From Candidatus Thorarchaeota archaeon (lineage in GTDB: Archaea > Asgardarchaeota > Thorarchaeia > Thorarchaeales > Thorarchaeaceae), in contig JAFGAR010000160.1 in the NCBI GenBank assembly GCA_016933575.1, positions 1 to 46,424 on the forward strand: a stretch of 46,424 nt of DNA, given 5' to 3'. Positions within the stretch are counted from its first letter, which is position 1. Each line of letters begins with the position of its first letter. Both the position numbers and the translations under genes were made by a program. The notes beneath the pieces are model-generated. The model was not told the origin of the DNA and searched no databases. It saw only the letters and a program-made list of their open reading frames with translations. Shown piece by piece: positions 28,428-39,900 of the stretch.

Positions 28428-29381
28428 ATGAGCAGTGAGTCCAAAGAATACACATTCACAATTATGGCACTTGAAAGCGGCATCAAATATCCCGACCTGG
28501 ACAGCGTTCCGGACGAACCCCTTCTTATCGAGATGGTCGGCATACAACCTGAATTCTTTGGTCCACTCTCAACAAAGTTCGAGGTGGATCTTGAGGATTT
28601 ACAAGATCTTCTAGACATGGATGAGAGACCTCGTATCCAGATCGAGGATAAATTTACCATGATCGTCTTGAGAGTGCCCGTGGATCTGAACGATCCCACA
28701 CGGGAGTATTCAACTGCGCCCATTGGTATCTTCACGAATGGACGTGACATCATCATCATGCAGCATCAACCTGTACCGCTCAAGAAGAAAAGACTCCGAC
28801 ATCTGATACGAAGAAGTACAACTGCGAGTGAGATCATCTACAACCAATGGGAGATCGTCATCCATAGCTTTGAGACCGTTCTGGATATTATTGAGGCAAC
28901 GATAAAGAATACCGAGCAGACCATTCAGAAGGATCTTTATCCATCACGTATGGACCAATTCTTTCAACTATCACGTGATGCGATATTCGTCGATGCCGCT
29001 TTGAAAGGCAATATACGAGTTCTTCGTGGAATGAAACGATTCCAAAGATTTGGGAAGATGATCCTTGATGAGGACCGTCTTGAGGAGTTGGAGGTCGACC
29101 TTCAGCAGCAGATCGAGCTCAGTAAGATCTATCGGGAGCTAATTGAGAATGCAATGGAGATCTATGATAGCATCGTTGGACACAACCTCAACACAGTCAT
29201 GAAAACCCTGACCGCAGTATCTCTACTAGTCAGTGTACCTACCCTGATAGCCTCCATCTATGGAATGAATGTGGGTTTGCCGCTAGAGCAAGAACCAGTA
29301 GCGTTCCTGATTGTGCTTCTAGCTAGCTTCATTCTCACGATTCCATTCTACGTGTTTCTGAGGATGCGAAGCCTCATATGA
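28428..29381 (+). CDS. corA: CorA family Mg2+/Co2+ transporter
   Basis: ERPRIQ, LNTVMKTLT, PTLIASIYGMNV (GMN signature), two C-terminal TM. Confidence 0.95.
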   Translation: MSSESKEYTFTIMALESGIKYPDLDSVPDEPLLIEMVGIQPEFFGPLSTKFEVDLEDLQDLLDMDERPRIQIEDKFTMIVLRVPVDLNDPTREYSTAPIGIFTNGRDIIIMQHQPVPLKKKRLRHLIRRSTTASEIIYNQWEIVIHSFETVLDIIEATIKNTEQTIQKDLYPSRMDQFFQLSRDAIFVDAALKGNIRVLRGMKRFQRFGKMILDEDRLEELEVDLQQQIELSKIYRELIENAMEIYDSIVGHNLNTVMKTLTAVSLLVSVPTLIASIYGMNVGLPLEQEPVAFLIVLLASFILTIPFYVFLRMRSLI

Positions 29382-29457
29382 TTCTGTACACATTGTAAGA
29401 TATTTCATATGTGTTCAAGTCATTGGGCTACTATCGCTGAGTCATTCTGAGGGAGAA

Positions 29458-29922
29458 ATGATGATTTCAAAGAACCTAGCAGAGTATCATGTGTGGTCGT
29501 GCAAGAAATATCGAGAGTTGATAGCCTCAATCCCAGAAGAGGACTACACGAAGGTAATCAATAATCGGACTATCGAGGGGATTACTTCTCATATTGTAGC
29601 TGCATTGTTCACCTGCTTCTATACAATCGAGGGGTCTGATGATAAATTCTGGGAGTGGCTTGAAGAAGCCACTATGAAGCAGATACTCGAACGATGGCAG
29701 GAGCTCGATATACGCTTGTTGAAGCTTGCTCTTGCGCTACCCACAGATTCAGTCAATGTACCCCATGTTAGTGAAACTCCCTTCTCGCTTGCTTCTGAGG
29801 ATTTCGTTATGCAATACATACTTCACACCATACATCATAGAGGTCAACTCTCATTGCTACTGAGAGACCTTGGCTATGATGTACCTGGCACGGATTATCT
29901 TCACTTCTTTGCAGAGAAATGA
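29458..29922 (+). CDS. DinB/YfiT family four-helix metalloprotein
   Basis: TI....SHI and HTIHHRGQL...LR.LG..VP..D motifs. Confidence 0.9.
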   Translation: MMISKNLAEYHVWSCKKYRELIASIPEEDYTKVINNRTIEGITSHIVAALFTCFYTIEGSDDKFWEWLEEATMKQILERWQELDIRLLKLALALPTDSVNVPHVSETPFSLASEDFVMQYILHTIHHRGQLSLLLRDLGYDVPGTDYLHFFAEK

Positions 29923-29929
29923 CTTCCCC

Positions 29930-30106
29930 CTAGATTCCATCTCTAGCTTTCTTTGCGGCTAGTCTAACCTCTTCGTTACTATACGATAGTCCAAGATCTA
30001 TTATTTCGAGAGACCAATCATCGCTTAATCCACTAATGGCATCCAAGATAGAAATACGGTCTTCATCAATGCCAGTCTGATGATTTTTTTGATAAGGAAG
30101 TTGCAA
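29930..30106 (-). pseudogene. HEAT-repeat gene remnant paralogous to the C-terminus of 30134..30970
   Basis: Manual translation ...QTGIDEDRISILDAISGLSDDWSLEIIDLGLSYSNEEVRLAAKKARDGI* aligns by eye with ETGYRDDRVRVIKALRKIDLDWAVRLVE. Confidence 0.6.
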
Positions 30107-30133
30107 TGCGAAATGAACCTAGTTTAGTGCAGT

Positions 30134-30970
30134 CTATTCTGTAACAGATTCCCATAAATCATCATCATCTCTCACTCTTTCGACCAATCTTACAGCCCAA
30201 TCCAGATCGATTTTTCGTAATGCTTTGATTACTCGCACTCTATCATCCCTATAGCCTGTTTCAGCTACCGTTTCTAGTATGTCCTTTCCTTCATATCTTT
30301 CGAATTTCAGCAGTGAAATTGATGATGCGATGCGAACAGAAATTTCATCATCATCAAGACCAAATAGAAGGCACTTAACAGCATTTTCATCGTTTCCTTG
30401 TTCTAGAAGATGCGCAGCAAGCTCTCTATTGCGGAAATTGACATCATTGTGAAGAATTCTGCAAAGACCAACGAAGTCCTTGTTCTCAGCCATCTCTTGG
30501 ATCTCCCGTTTGCTGATAGGACTTCTTTTGCCTCTTCGTCTTCGTTTCTTCTCGGCGTGAACATATTCTTTCATAAAAGATCTTGCAGAAAAATAGAGAA
30601 TATAGCCTGTGAGGTTGATGATTCCATGGATTGAGAACCAGTACCATTCATCAATTAGGATTAGTTCATTCGTAAATATCATTGGAAATATCACTGTAGG
30701 ATATATCAGAATCGGATATGAGAGAATGAATACATCACCAAGATCATCTATGACTAAATTAGATGATTTCATCATTTCTCTGAAATCATATCCTAGGAAG
30801 AGGAACATCAAAGTTCCTATCATAAAAGATGATGTACATGTTGTCCAAAGAATGATGCTTTCAGCAAAGCAGACAATCATATAGACAAAAGAAGCAAAGG
30901 TTATGGAAAGGATAATGACTAGACCACTGAGCATTGCTAATTCACTGATTTTCCGCATCATTGATGCCAT
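30134..30970 (-). CDS. Membrane protein with C-terminal HEAT repeats
   Basis: About 4 N-terminal TM helices, basic linker KKRRRRGKR, HEAT motifs (RELAAHLL, LDDDEISVRIAS). Confidence 0.8.
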   Translation of the reverse strand: MASMMRKISELAMLSGLVIILSITFASFVYMIVCFAESIILWTTCTSSFMIGTLMFLFLGYDFREMMKSSNLVIDDLGDVFILSYPILIYPTVIFPMIFTNELILIDEWYWFSIHGIINLTGYILYFSARSFMKEYVHAEKKRRRRGKRSPISKREIQEMAENKDFVGLCRILHNDVNFRNRELAAHLLEQGNDENAVKCLLFGLDDDEISVRIASSISLLKFERYEGKDILETVAETGYRDDRVRVIKALRKIDLDWAVRLVERVRDDDDLWESVTE

Positions 30971-31155
30971 CTAATTGTCGTTCATCCTGAAAGGCAATAA
31001 GTCTTATCGCCAAATCATTATGGAAACATGTTTGAGATCAATTCATTCACTAACATCACTCTCCTGTTGATATTTGTAACGAATATGCTATATCTCTCAT
31101 TTTTTCGTGTATGAATCCGATTAGCTTATCTGAAATATCAACTATCACACTCATT

Positions 31156-32121
31156 ATGAAAGTAGGAATTCTCACCAGCGGTGGTGATAGCCCCGGCATG
31201 AATGCGTGTATCAGAGCACTGGTTCGTGTCGGCATCTCAAAAGGACTAGAGATCATCGGGATAATGGGAGGATTACAGGGTCTCTTGGATGGAAAATTCC
31301 ACGAGATGCAACCGCGGTCCGTAGCTAACATCATCCATCGTGGAGGAACAATCCTCACAACGGGTAGATCAAAGGAGTTCAAGACCCTAGAGGGGCAAAT
31401 GAAAGCAGCTCAAATTCTGGAGAAGGCGGGAATCGGAGCCCTCGTTGCCATTGGAGGGAATGGCACGATGCAGGGCATGCACAAGCTTCAGCAGGTATGG
31501 AGCGGCCAAATTATCGGTCTTCCAGGCACCATCGACAATGATGTGTTTGGAACAGATTACAGCATTGGTTTTGACACAGCTGTCAACAATGCTATCGATG
31601 CAGTAGACAAGATCCGCGACACCGCCCAGGCTTTCGACAGATTCTTTCTCATCGAGGTCATGGGTCGAGATTCTGGATCTATAGCACTCGATGTAGGAAT
31701 CTCATGTGGTGCAGAAGCCATCGTCATTCCTGAGACCAAGACAAATCTAAAGAAAATAGCTGATGACATTGTGGCCGGAAGGGCAAGAGGGAAGAATTTC
31801 GCTTTTATCATCGTAGCTGAAGGAGATGAGGAAGGTGATGCGATGGAGATAAGCCGTAAGATGTCTTCGATGGTCGGAGAGGATTGCAGAGTATCTGTAC
31901 TGGGATACATCCAACGAGGCGGGAATCCTACCAGACAAGATCGAATCCTAGCCACAAAGCTCGGTGCTTATAGTATTGATTGCATCGTGAATGGCAAGAC
32001 CGGGATCCTCGTGGGTGAGATCGGGGGCAAGCTTTCAGAAACTCCCTTTGAGGAGAGCTATACAAAAAAGAAAGCAATCGATACATTTCTACTTTCACTA
32101 GTGGATGCATTGTCAATTTGA
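31156..32121 (+). CDS. pfkA: ATP-dependent 6-phosphofructokinase (bacterial PfkA type)
   Basis: TSGGDSPGMNA, GGTIL, GGNGT, PGTIDND, EVMGR, LGYIQRGG. Gly at both specificity positions indicates ATP rather than PPi. Confidence 0.95.
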   Translation: MKVGILTSGGDSPGMNACIRALVRVGISKGLEIIGIMGGLQGLLDGKFHEMQPRSVANIIHRGGTILTTGRSKEFKTLEGQMKAAQILEKAGIGALVAIGGNGTMQGMHKLQQVWSGQIIGLPGTIDNDVFGTDYSIGFDTAVNNAIDAVDKIRDTAQAFDRFFLIEVMGRDSGSIALDVGISCGAEAIVIPETKTNLKKIADDIVAGRARGKNFAFIIVAEGDEEGDAMEISRKMSSMVGEDCRVSVLGYIQRGGNPTRQDRILATKLGAYSIDCIVNGKTGILVGEIGGKLSETPFEESYTKKKAIDTFLLSLVDALSI

Positions 32122-32145
32122 CACATACTACAAGGATATTCAGAG

Positions 32146-32979
32146 TTGGTGAGAATGATGGATAGATTACAGGGTGAGAACCGAATCGACTCGTTCGTGA
32201 GAATAGCTGATGAGATAGTGAAAAGCCTTTCACACTTTAGTTCTGTCGAGGGAGTCCTTTACATTGGAGGACTTGCACGTGGCTTTGTAGACAGGCATTC
32301 AGACCTTGACATGGTCGTTCTGTTCAATAATGACGATCCCTACGCGAAGGACTTCCTTAGCTCACTCGCAGCTCAACATGAGGATAGATCCGGCTTGGAG
32401 ATAGACATAGAGGTGTACTTTCTCGATGAGTACATCAGTAGAGAGTGGAACGAATACACAAGATGGGACCTTTCTCATGCAATCTATGCTTTTGACAGAC
32501 AGGGTGAGGTAAAGAAGCAATTCGAAAGAAAACTGGCCTTGAATGATGATGAATGGAGAAGACGACTTGCTCATCCTCTGGTCTATCTTTCATGGTATTG
32601 TTGCCCTACTGATGACTACGTGCCCTCGATGATAGATCTATGGCGGGATCGTGGACACTTGGTGTCTGCCCAATACTCAGTCAACTACGGAATCGATTTG
32701 ATACTCGAAGTGATCTATGCTATGAATAGGTCTTATCTACCTGCTCCTAAATGGCGACTATTCTACACTCGCGAACTGAACTGGCTGCCTACAGATTTTG
32801 AGAATGCGCTTATGGATGCGATGTTAGTGAAGGGAATCGATGAGGCTGATTCGAAACGACGCGCGGATCAAGTCTGCAGACTCACTCAAGAGATAAGTGG
32901 GCAGGTGGAGCGAGAGTTTGGTCTCAACAGGGATGCGATACGAAAGATATACATCGCTGATGTCTATGGCATCAGGTGA
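32146..32979 (+). CDS. Pol-beta-type nucleotidyltransferase with C-terminal helical (DUF4037-like) domain
   Basis: GGLARG..DRHSDLD motif, third acidic strand DIEV, C-terminal N..YLP..KW. Confidence 0.8.
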   Translation: MVRMMDRLQGENRIDSFVRIADEIVKSLSHFSSVEGVLYIGGLARGFVDRHSDLDMVVLFNNDDPYAKDFLSSLAAQHEDRSGLEIDIEVYFLDEYISREWNEYTRWDLSHAIYAFDRQGEVKKQFERKLALNDDEWRRRLAHPLVYLSWYCCPTDDYVPSMIDLWRDRGHLVSAQYSVNYGIDLILEVIYAMNRSYLPAPKWRLFYTRELNWLPTDFENALMDAMLVKGIDEADSKRRADQVCRLTQEISGQVEREFGLNRDAIRKIYIADVYGIR

Positions 32980-32988
32980 TATCTCGAA

Positions 32989-33402
32989 TCAAACCACAAA
33001 GTATGTGCTGATGTAGAAGAATGTACCTCCTAGTATCGGGATGAGCCAAATCACGAAGGCGATTCGCATGAAGTTCTTCGATCCACACATCAATGGTTGC
33101 TTCTCTTTCATTGCCTTGAAGAACTTGAAATTGAACAGTGCTCCAATAAGGATAGCAATCAGTCCAACAATCGAATGTACCAGGATGGTCGGGGGATGTG
33201 TAGAGAAGTTGAGTATTAGACTTGGACCCATGATTAGGAGTGTAGTGCCGACAGAGATAATCGTCATGACAAGCATGAGATATCCGTGGGTTTTGAAGGG
33301 CTTTCGCTTGATGAATCCGAGTATCAAGAGGAATAGGACAAGATACTGAGCGATGAGATTGATATCTATGATGAGTTCCGCTGAGCTACCGAATAACACC
33401 AT
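32989..33402 (-). CDS. Small 4-TM membrane protein (DUF420-like)
   Basis: Four hydrophobic helices with His in KTHGYLM and VHSIVG. Confidence 0.7.
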   Translation of the reverse strand: MVLFGSSAELIIDINLIAQYLVLFLLILGFIKRKPFKTHGYLMLVMTIISVGTTLLIMGPSLILNFSTHPPTILVHSIVGLIAILIGALFNFKFFKAMKEKQPLMCGSKNFMRIAFVIWLIPILGGTFFYISTYFVV

Positions 33403-33544
33403 TAGGTTTCACCAATATGTCTGGATACCTACTATCTAATAGATTCATCGATAATCTGGTACAGCTTCACCCCAAGAGCGCCATATGATGCCATTCTATT
33501 CGTCAACAGAAGATTATTAGATAGGATTTTTCCTTGTTTTTGTT

Positions 33545-33778
33545 ATGCCTGATGATTGGGAACATTTTGAAATCATTCGCGTCATAGAGGATGATTCGAA
33601 GAAGAAACTCTGCGCAATAAGGATCTTCAAGAACGCTGATAGTACTCCCCGTCCAATCATAGAGCTTCCTGAGATGGAACAGGTGTATTTTCCTTACGAG
33701 ATAATCAAATGCTTTGACAACGTGAAGGACGCTCACGATTTTGCAGAGAAGCAAGGCATCACTAACATAGAATATTAG
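33545..33778 (+). CDS. Small hypothetical protein (77 aa)
   Basis: Protein-like composition; fills an intergenic gap. Confidence 0.65.
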   Translation: MPDDWEHFEIIRVIEDDSKKKLCAIRIFKNADSTPRPIIELPEMEQVYFPYEIIKCFDNVKDAHDFAEKQGITNIEY

Positions 33779-33982
33779 TTAGAAAGGTTACCTTCCTAAC
33801 ATGGTAGAAAAGACAATAACCGGCAGCTCGTTTTACTAAAATCCTAGAGTTTAAATGCGTTCATGTTGGAGCTTCTGTCAGCAACTCGTGTGCGATGGTG
33901 TATCGAATGATGCGCTCATAATCGCTCTGTTCGGTCACCTTGATTGCAGGTACACTTCGCATGGATTGGGGGTTTCATAAGC

Positions 33983-36900
33983 TTGAGAAAAGGAGAGAGA
34001 GTATTTTCTCTGTTAGTCATAGTTCTTGTGCTCTTTGGACCATTCGTCGCAGTTTCAACGATACCTTCGTATCCGACTGCAGCTGATGGCCAGACAACAT
34101 ACTCGCCACCTGATTGGCATAGTCAAACCAAAGGTGAGACGAATCCAGAAACGGACACTGAGAAATCAGAGGCGTCCGTTACTAATCCACCTACTAAAAG
34201 TACTGAAAGCAAGGATGGGGAAATAAACCCACTTCTGGATCTCTTCTCTGGATATGAGAGTGCTGTCACAAAAGTTGCGCATCCCAAGACTGAATTCTAT
34301 CAATCCTCTGGGGAGGGCTTACATCTTGAATATTCTGTTGAAGGAAACCGGCTCATCATTACAGGTACCATCGGCTCCTATAACCAAGTAACATATACCA
34401 TTGGTAGTAGGAACTATCAGACCGTCGTAATTGGGAACACTGAATTGACCCATACATACGGAGAGCCAATCCTTCCCTATGTGAAGCAGATCATTACTTT
34501 GCCTCTGGAGGCAAATGTAGTTTCGTATGGAGTTCGTAATGAGGTCAGATATCCAATCTCGGATCTAGCGTTGATGCCAGGACCTAAACCTCTGAGCGTT
34601 CATCAACTTGACCCCTCGATTGGACTTCCTTTCTGTGATCCCGTACACTATGCATCCAATCAATTCATGCCCTCGAATGTTCTTGATTTCGACATTGTAG
34701 GAATTGATGGTGATCTCTGCTTATCATTGACACTCCATCCACTTCAGTATAATCCAGCACAGATGCTCGGCAACTTACTACTTCACTTTGAGGTTGAGAT
34801 CAAATTCGACGACTCTGTCCAGCTAAATGACTTTCTAATGCCAACTTCACCCGAGCCTCTTGCTTTCGGTGATGGCGAGGGATACCTGATAGTTGCTGAT
34901 GAATCTTATATCCCATATATCACGAATTTTGTGGATTGGAAGACATACATAGGTTTCAATATGCATGTGACTTCCATCCAAGATATCATGACTACCTCGC
35001 CTGGAAGAGATGCTGCTGAACAGCTTCGAAATTATCTAATTGAGTCTTATAATAATGATGATATCCAATACGTTCTTCTTGTTGGAGATGGGGACATAGT
35101 TCCCGCCCGAGAAGTCATGGACCCAGCTCATGCAGGTCAAGGATTGGACAATGGAACTGAACCCAGTGATCTCTATTTCGAATGTCTTGATGGTGATTGG
35201 GACGCTAATGGGAATGGTCTTTATGGGGAATATGGTGATGATGTTGATTTCTTCCCGGAATTGATGGTTGGAAGAATTCCAGTACAAGCCCCAGAAGAGG
35301 CACAAGATGTCCTTGACGCAATCGTAATCCTCGAGAGCAGTCCAGAACCCGGGGACTGGATGAATGATGTCCTTCTTCTTGGACCTAATTGCTTTGCGTA
35401 TGGTGATGGTTGTGCGATGACTGAAGCTGAACTGAACCAACCATACCTAATCGGTTCATTCTTCGATGTTGATCGTCTTTATCCAACGGATGGTACCTTA
35501 TCTGATGCCAACGTCATAGCTCGGATAAACCAAGGAGTTGGCATAATCGACTTCTTCGATCACGGTGCATATAATGTCTGGGTCAGTGCTCTCACTGTAC
35601 CAGAGACACTATCACTAGCAAATGGATATCGTACACCATTCGCTTTTGCCATGGCCTGTGAAACAGCTGCGTTCGACTATGAGGCTGGAGAGCCAACGAT
35701 CGCTGAAGCATTCTTTAGGAACCCCAATGGAGGTGCATGTGCCTATATAGGCGCTACTCGCATCGCTTGGGCAGGTCATCATGCTTTTGATGGACTGCAC
35801 AACAGATTTTGGGGTTACTTCTTCGATTCGGCTTTGAACCACTATTGCGCTTCTCCAAAGATGGCATTGCGTGATGCAACCATCGAAATGGCAACGACAT
35901 ACGATATGAATGATGACATTTCCAGAGAAACAGTGATTCATGCTATCTACTTCGGAGACCCATCAATGCAGCTATATTGGAAGAATGAAGTTGAGATCTA
36001 CGCGCCTCCTTGCGAGACAAATGAATACATAGAGATCGGAGTCAATTCTACCACATTCAATGGATTACCGCTATTCAGCAATGTAGGAGTTGTTGTTTCA
36101 GATCCTTTGGGAACCATCCTAGTCGATGATCTTTTCATGTGCGATTGGGGTTGGTTTGATGTACCATTCGTAACCAGTGAGAATCCTGGCTCCTACGAGG
36201 TTACCGCTACCTATACTGAGCCTTTCGAGTATACGACAGAAAGATTCTTCGAAGTAGGTCTCGCTGACATCCAGGTTTCATTGGATTCTCAACCCATCTT
36301 TGATACAATTCTTGATTTCTCCGGCTACAGCAGTGTAGATGGTATTGGTACTGCATACCTTCTTGATGCCGAAGGAGGAGTTCTGTCTTCAACGACGTTC
36401 GATGTTATTGATGGTGTCTATGCAGATGGAATTCACATCAATGGATTCGGACATCTCTCTTTGTATGTACGAATTGTATCTCCGTCCGGAACTGGAGCCA
36501 ACACTCTCCATTTTGATGTTATGAGAGGATCAGTTCTAATCATTCCTGATGAGTCAGGAGATTGGGGGCCCTGGTACCCAGGAGGCTGGGTTGATGACAA
36601 TGCAGGAGATTCAACCAACTATGGAGATATATATCAAGCATTGAAGGACGAGTTCAATGTTGACATCTATCGACCCAGATATGAGATGACACCTGATTTG
36701 GCTCTCCTCCACATGTACGATGCAGTGATTGTGTCTGTTGGTGATCACATGAGTACGCCCTTGATAGCTTCAGATAGCTATCTACTCGATGTGTTGATGA
36801 CATATCACAATGAAGGTGGAAACCTCTTCTTCGAAGGATGTTCCATCCTCACACCTCTTGAATCACAATTTGGCGGGATATTCTCATCCTTCTTCCATGT

Positions 36901-39900
36901 CGAGTTGGACCAGCGTATCACCAACACAGGCGCACTATATCTCGAGAATACACCTCATGCAATTACGTCAGGTATTCCTTCAACGATTTGGCTTGAAGAT
37001 GGACTCGGATCACCATTTGCAGAAGTTCTGATACCGACCTCAGGTGCTATCCATGTAAGCGGATACTCAGGGTCTTATGAAGGTGGCACCGCGATTGCGG
37101 CTCTGAACCCATCCGTTTCAGAGGGAGGAGTCGTCTTCTTTGGATTCTCAGTCGATGCCATTAGTGACGAAGCAACTCGCGACAGAATCATTCAGAATGC
37201 AGTGAATTTTCTGCTCTATCCGAGTCTCGATTGCCAGCTTTCTGACTATGCGCTACGAACAGGAGAGAGTGAGGTCATCGATATCGTCGTTTCTGATAGC
37301 AGAACAGGGACACCTGTCGAAGGAGCCCTTGTTATCGCTGAAGGTTGTGGAGTATCCACATGGAATATCACCGATGCTAGCGGATACGCATCATTCCAAG
37401 TTAGTCCCTCATTCCAAGGATATATCTTTGTGAACATAACCAAGGAGGACTATCTAGGCTATGAAACGTATATCATCTGCTATGATGTCCCAGTTATCGG
37501 TCTGGATATTCAGCCTGAATATATTGAGAGAGGATCTGCAAGCGTAGTGTCTGTCTACTGCTACGACTATTATGAAGGGTATCCCTTGGAGAACTGCTAC
37601 TTGGTTCTTGATGGATGTGGTGTATTTGATGAAGGTTTGAGTGATGAGTTCGGATATGCTGAATTCACTTTGCATCCAGAAACCAGTGGGTTGATCTCCG
37701 TCAGTGCGACACTGAATGGATACATCGAAGCCGTGGATTTCGTGGGCGTTCGTATTCATGCAGCAGTCATAAGAGGGTACTTCACTGAAGCTCCAGATCT
37801 TGCTTGCTGGGATCTAATCAACTCGAATTGGGCTGACTACGGTGAGATGCCAATCCTAATAGATTACACTTCACTGAGTATTCCGCTGATCACACTGAGT
37901 GACTTGGAAGCACTAAATCCAGATGTTCTTATCATGGCTTACACGTATCAGCCTCTGGATCAGTTTGAGATCGAAGCCATCATAGAATTCACACGACAGG
38001 GTCATGGCCTTGTTGTCACAAGCTCTTGCGTCACATATCACCCCGAACTACTTGGCTCCTTCCTGGGATTGAGCCCAACTATAGATTGGACATACAACTC
38101 TGCGATAGGCATTGGCTTCGAATCCTTGGATCAATATGATCCCGATCACCCGATCTTCGTAGGCATTCCAGACCCATACTCTGTAGGTTATCACCTCTCA
38201 TATCTCCCAGAATCCACACATTGGGATAGCTCCGCCTTGGCAGGTGGAACCTACGTGGCACTTGATTCAGGTCCAGAGGATGTTGCTGCTATCATAACCT
38301 ATCGGGGTATGGTGTTCTGCTCGAATATACCTGAATATCAATCCAATCGCCAAGATGTGCAACTTATGTATAATATGATTGGGTGGTCCAACTATGAGAT
38401 TCCTGAGCATGACCTAAGTGTGAGTATGAACGTTCCACGAGTCGTGGATCCTGGAACCGAAGTAACGGTAGAAGTTTTGGTAAGAAATCAAGGATTGAAT
38501 ACCGAATATGATGTCGCATGTACGCTGTACCTCGATGGATTTGAGGTAGCTTCTGAGGTCATTCCTGTCTTAGACAATGGATCATACTATTCACTCTCTT
38601 ATCTATGGACTCCGCTTTCCGAGGGTCTTTACACCTTTGAGGCGATTGTAGATCCTGTAATGGGCGAGGAAGTCCTCACGAACAACTATGTGGAGAGAGT
38701 TGTAAATGTCTTCGAGGTACCATTGGATGGCCCCGTAGCTATTTTCCAAGTCTGGAATCCATGGGGGCATCCATCGAATCAAGAGATTCTTGATACTTGG
38801 ATGGTTGAATACGATATCTACGACGATCTATCTATGGGCATGATCGACCTAAGCGGGTATGCCAAGGTGATCATTTCATCAGACCAACCAGATTGGTTCA
38901 TGGATGGAGTTTATGCGAACATGGGTTGGTTTGAGGACTATGCGGCAAGTGGAGGCATTCTCGAAGTTCACGCTGCAACGAATTACTACTGGGTGGATGG
39001 ATTGCTTCCAGGTGGTGCATATTATGTTCCATATGTTGACGATCTCATCTCAATCACAGACCCATCTCATCCGATCCTGACAAATCCCAATATAATCACT
39101 GACGAGGAGCTTGATTATTGGAGCGCTTCAGTTCATGGATATGTTGACTCACTTCCAGGTGGATCACAGATCATTCTGGAAACTGATAGTGGATATCCTG
39201 TTCTTATAGAGCAGGCATTTGGGATGGGAAGCATTGTGATCTCCACACAAACCCTTGAGTGGGGCTTCGCACGTGACAAGAGTAGGATTCTAGAGAATGT
39301 GCTTCTCTATACAGCTGTAACACCTGAGCACGATATCGCAGTCCGCCTAGATGTGGTAGATAGAGTTGGTCCAAATGAATGGACGTTGATTACAGGTACT
39401 CTCATCAATCGGGGATTGAATCCAGAATCAGACATACCCTTCTCGCTGTATGTAGATGGCATTGAAGTGAATGCGACCATGGTCATACTCCTTAATCCTA
39501 GTGAGTCCATCTCTTTGAGCTACTGGTTTATGTCAGATGTCGAATATACTGCTGAGATCGTTGCATTCGCTGAGCCAGTTCCTGAAGAGGAGAATATTGC
39601 CAACAACTATGCATCAGCATTTCTCCTTGTTCAAGAATTCCATGACTACTATATGACAGAGTATAGTCCTGAGTGGCTTGATGCCAAGACCAATGGATTC
39701 AATCTATACCTCTATGGGGATGATATCAGTGTGGGACTTGGACTGCCTTTCTCATTTCCGTTCTACGATGATATCTTCGATGTGGTGTATATCAGTAGTA
39801 ATGGATGGCTATCCTTCGCGAATACGGATCCATGGCAATGCTTTACTCCTGACTGGCCTACGGATGATCCTGCATATCGATACTCATTAGCTCCGTTCTT

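Noticed and set aside
32146-32979. CBASS cyclase or MNT-HEPN toxin-antitoxin
   Set aside because: No effector or HEPN partner nearby; the architecture fits stand-alone NTase + helical-domain proteins.
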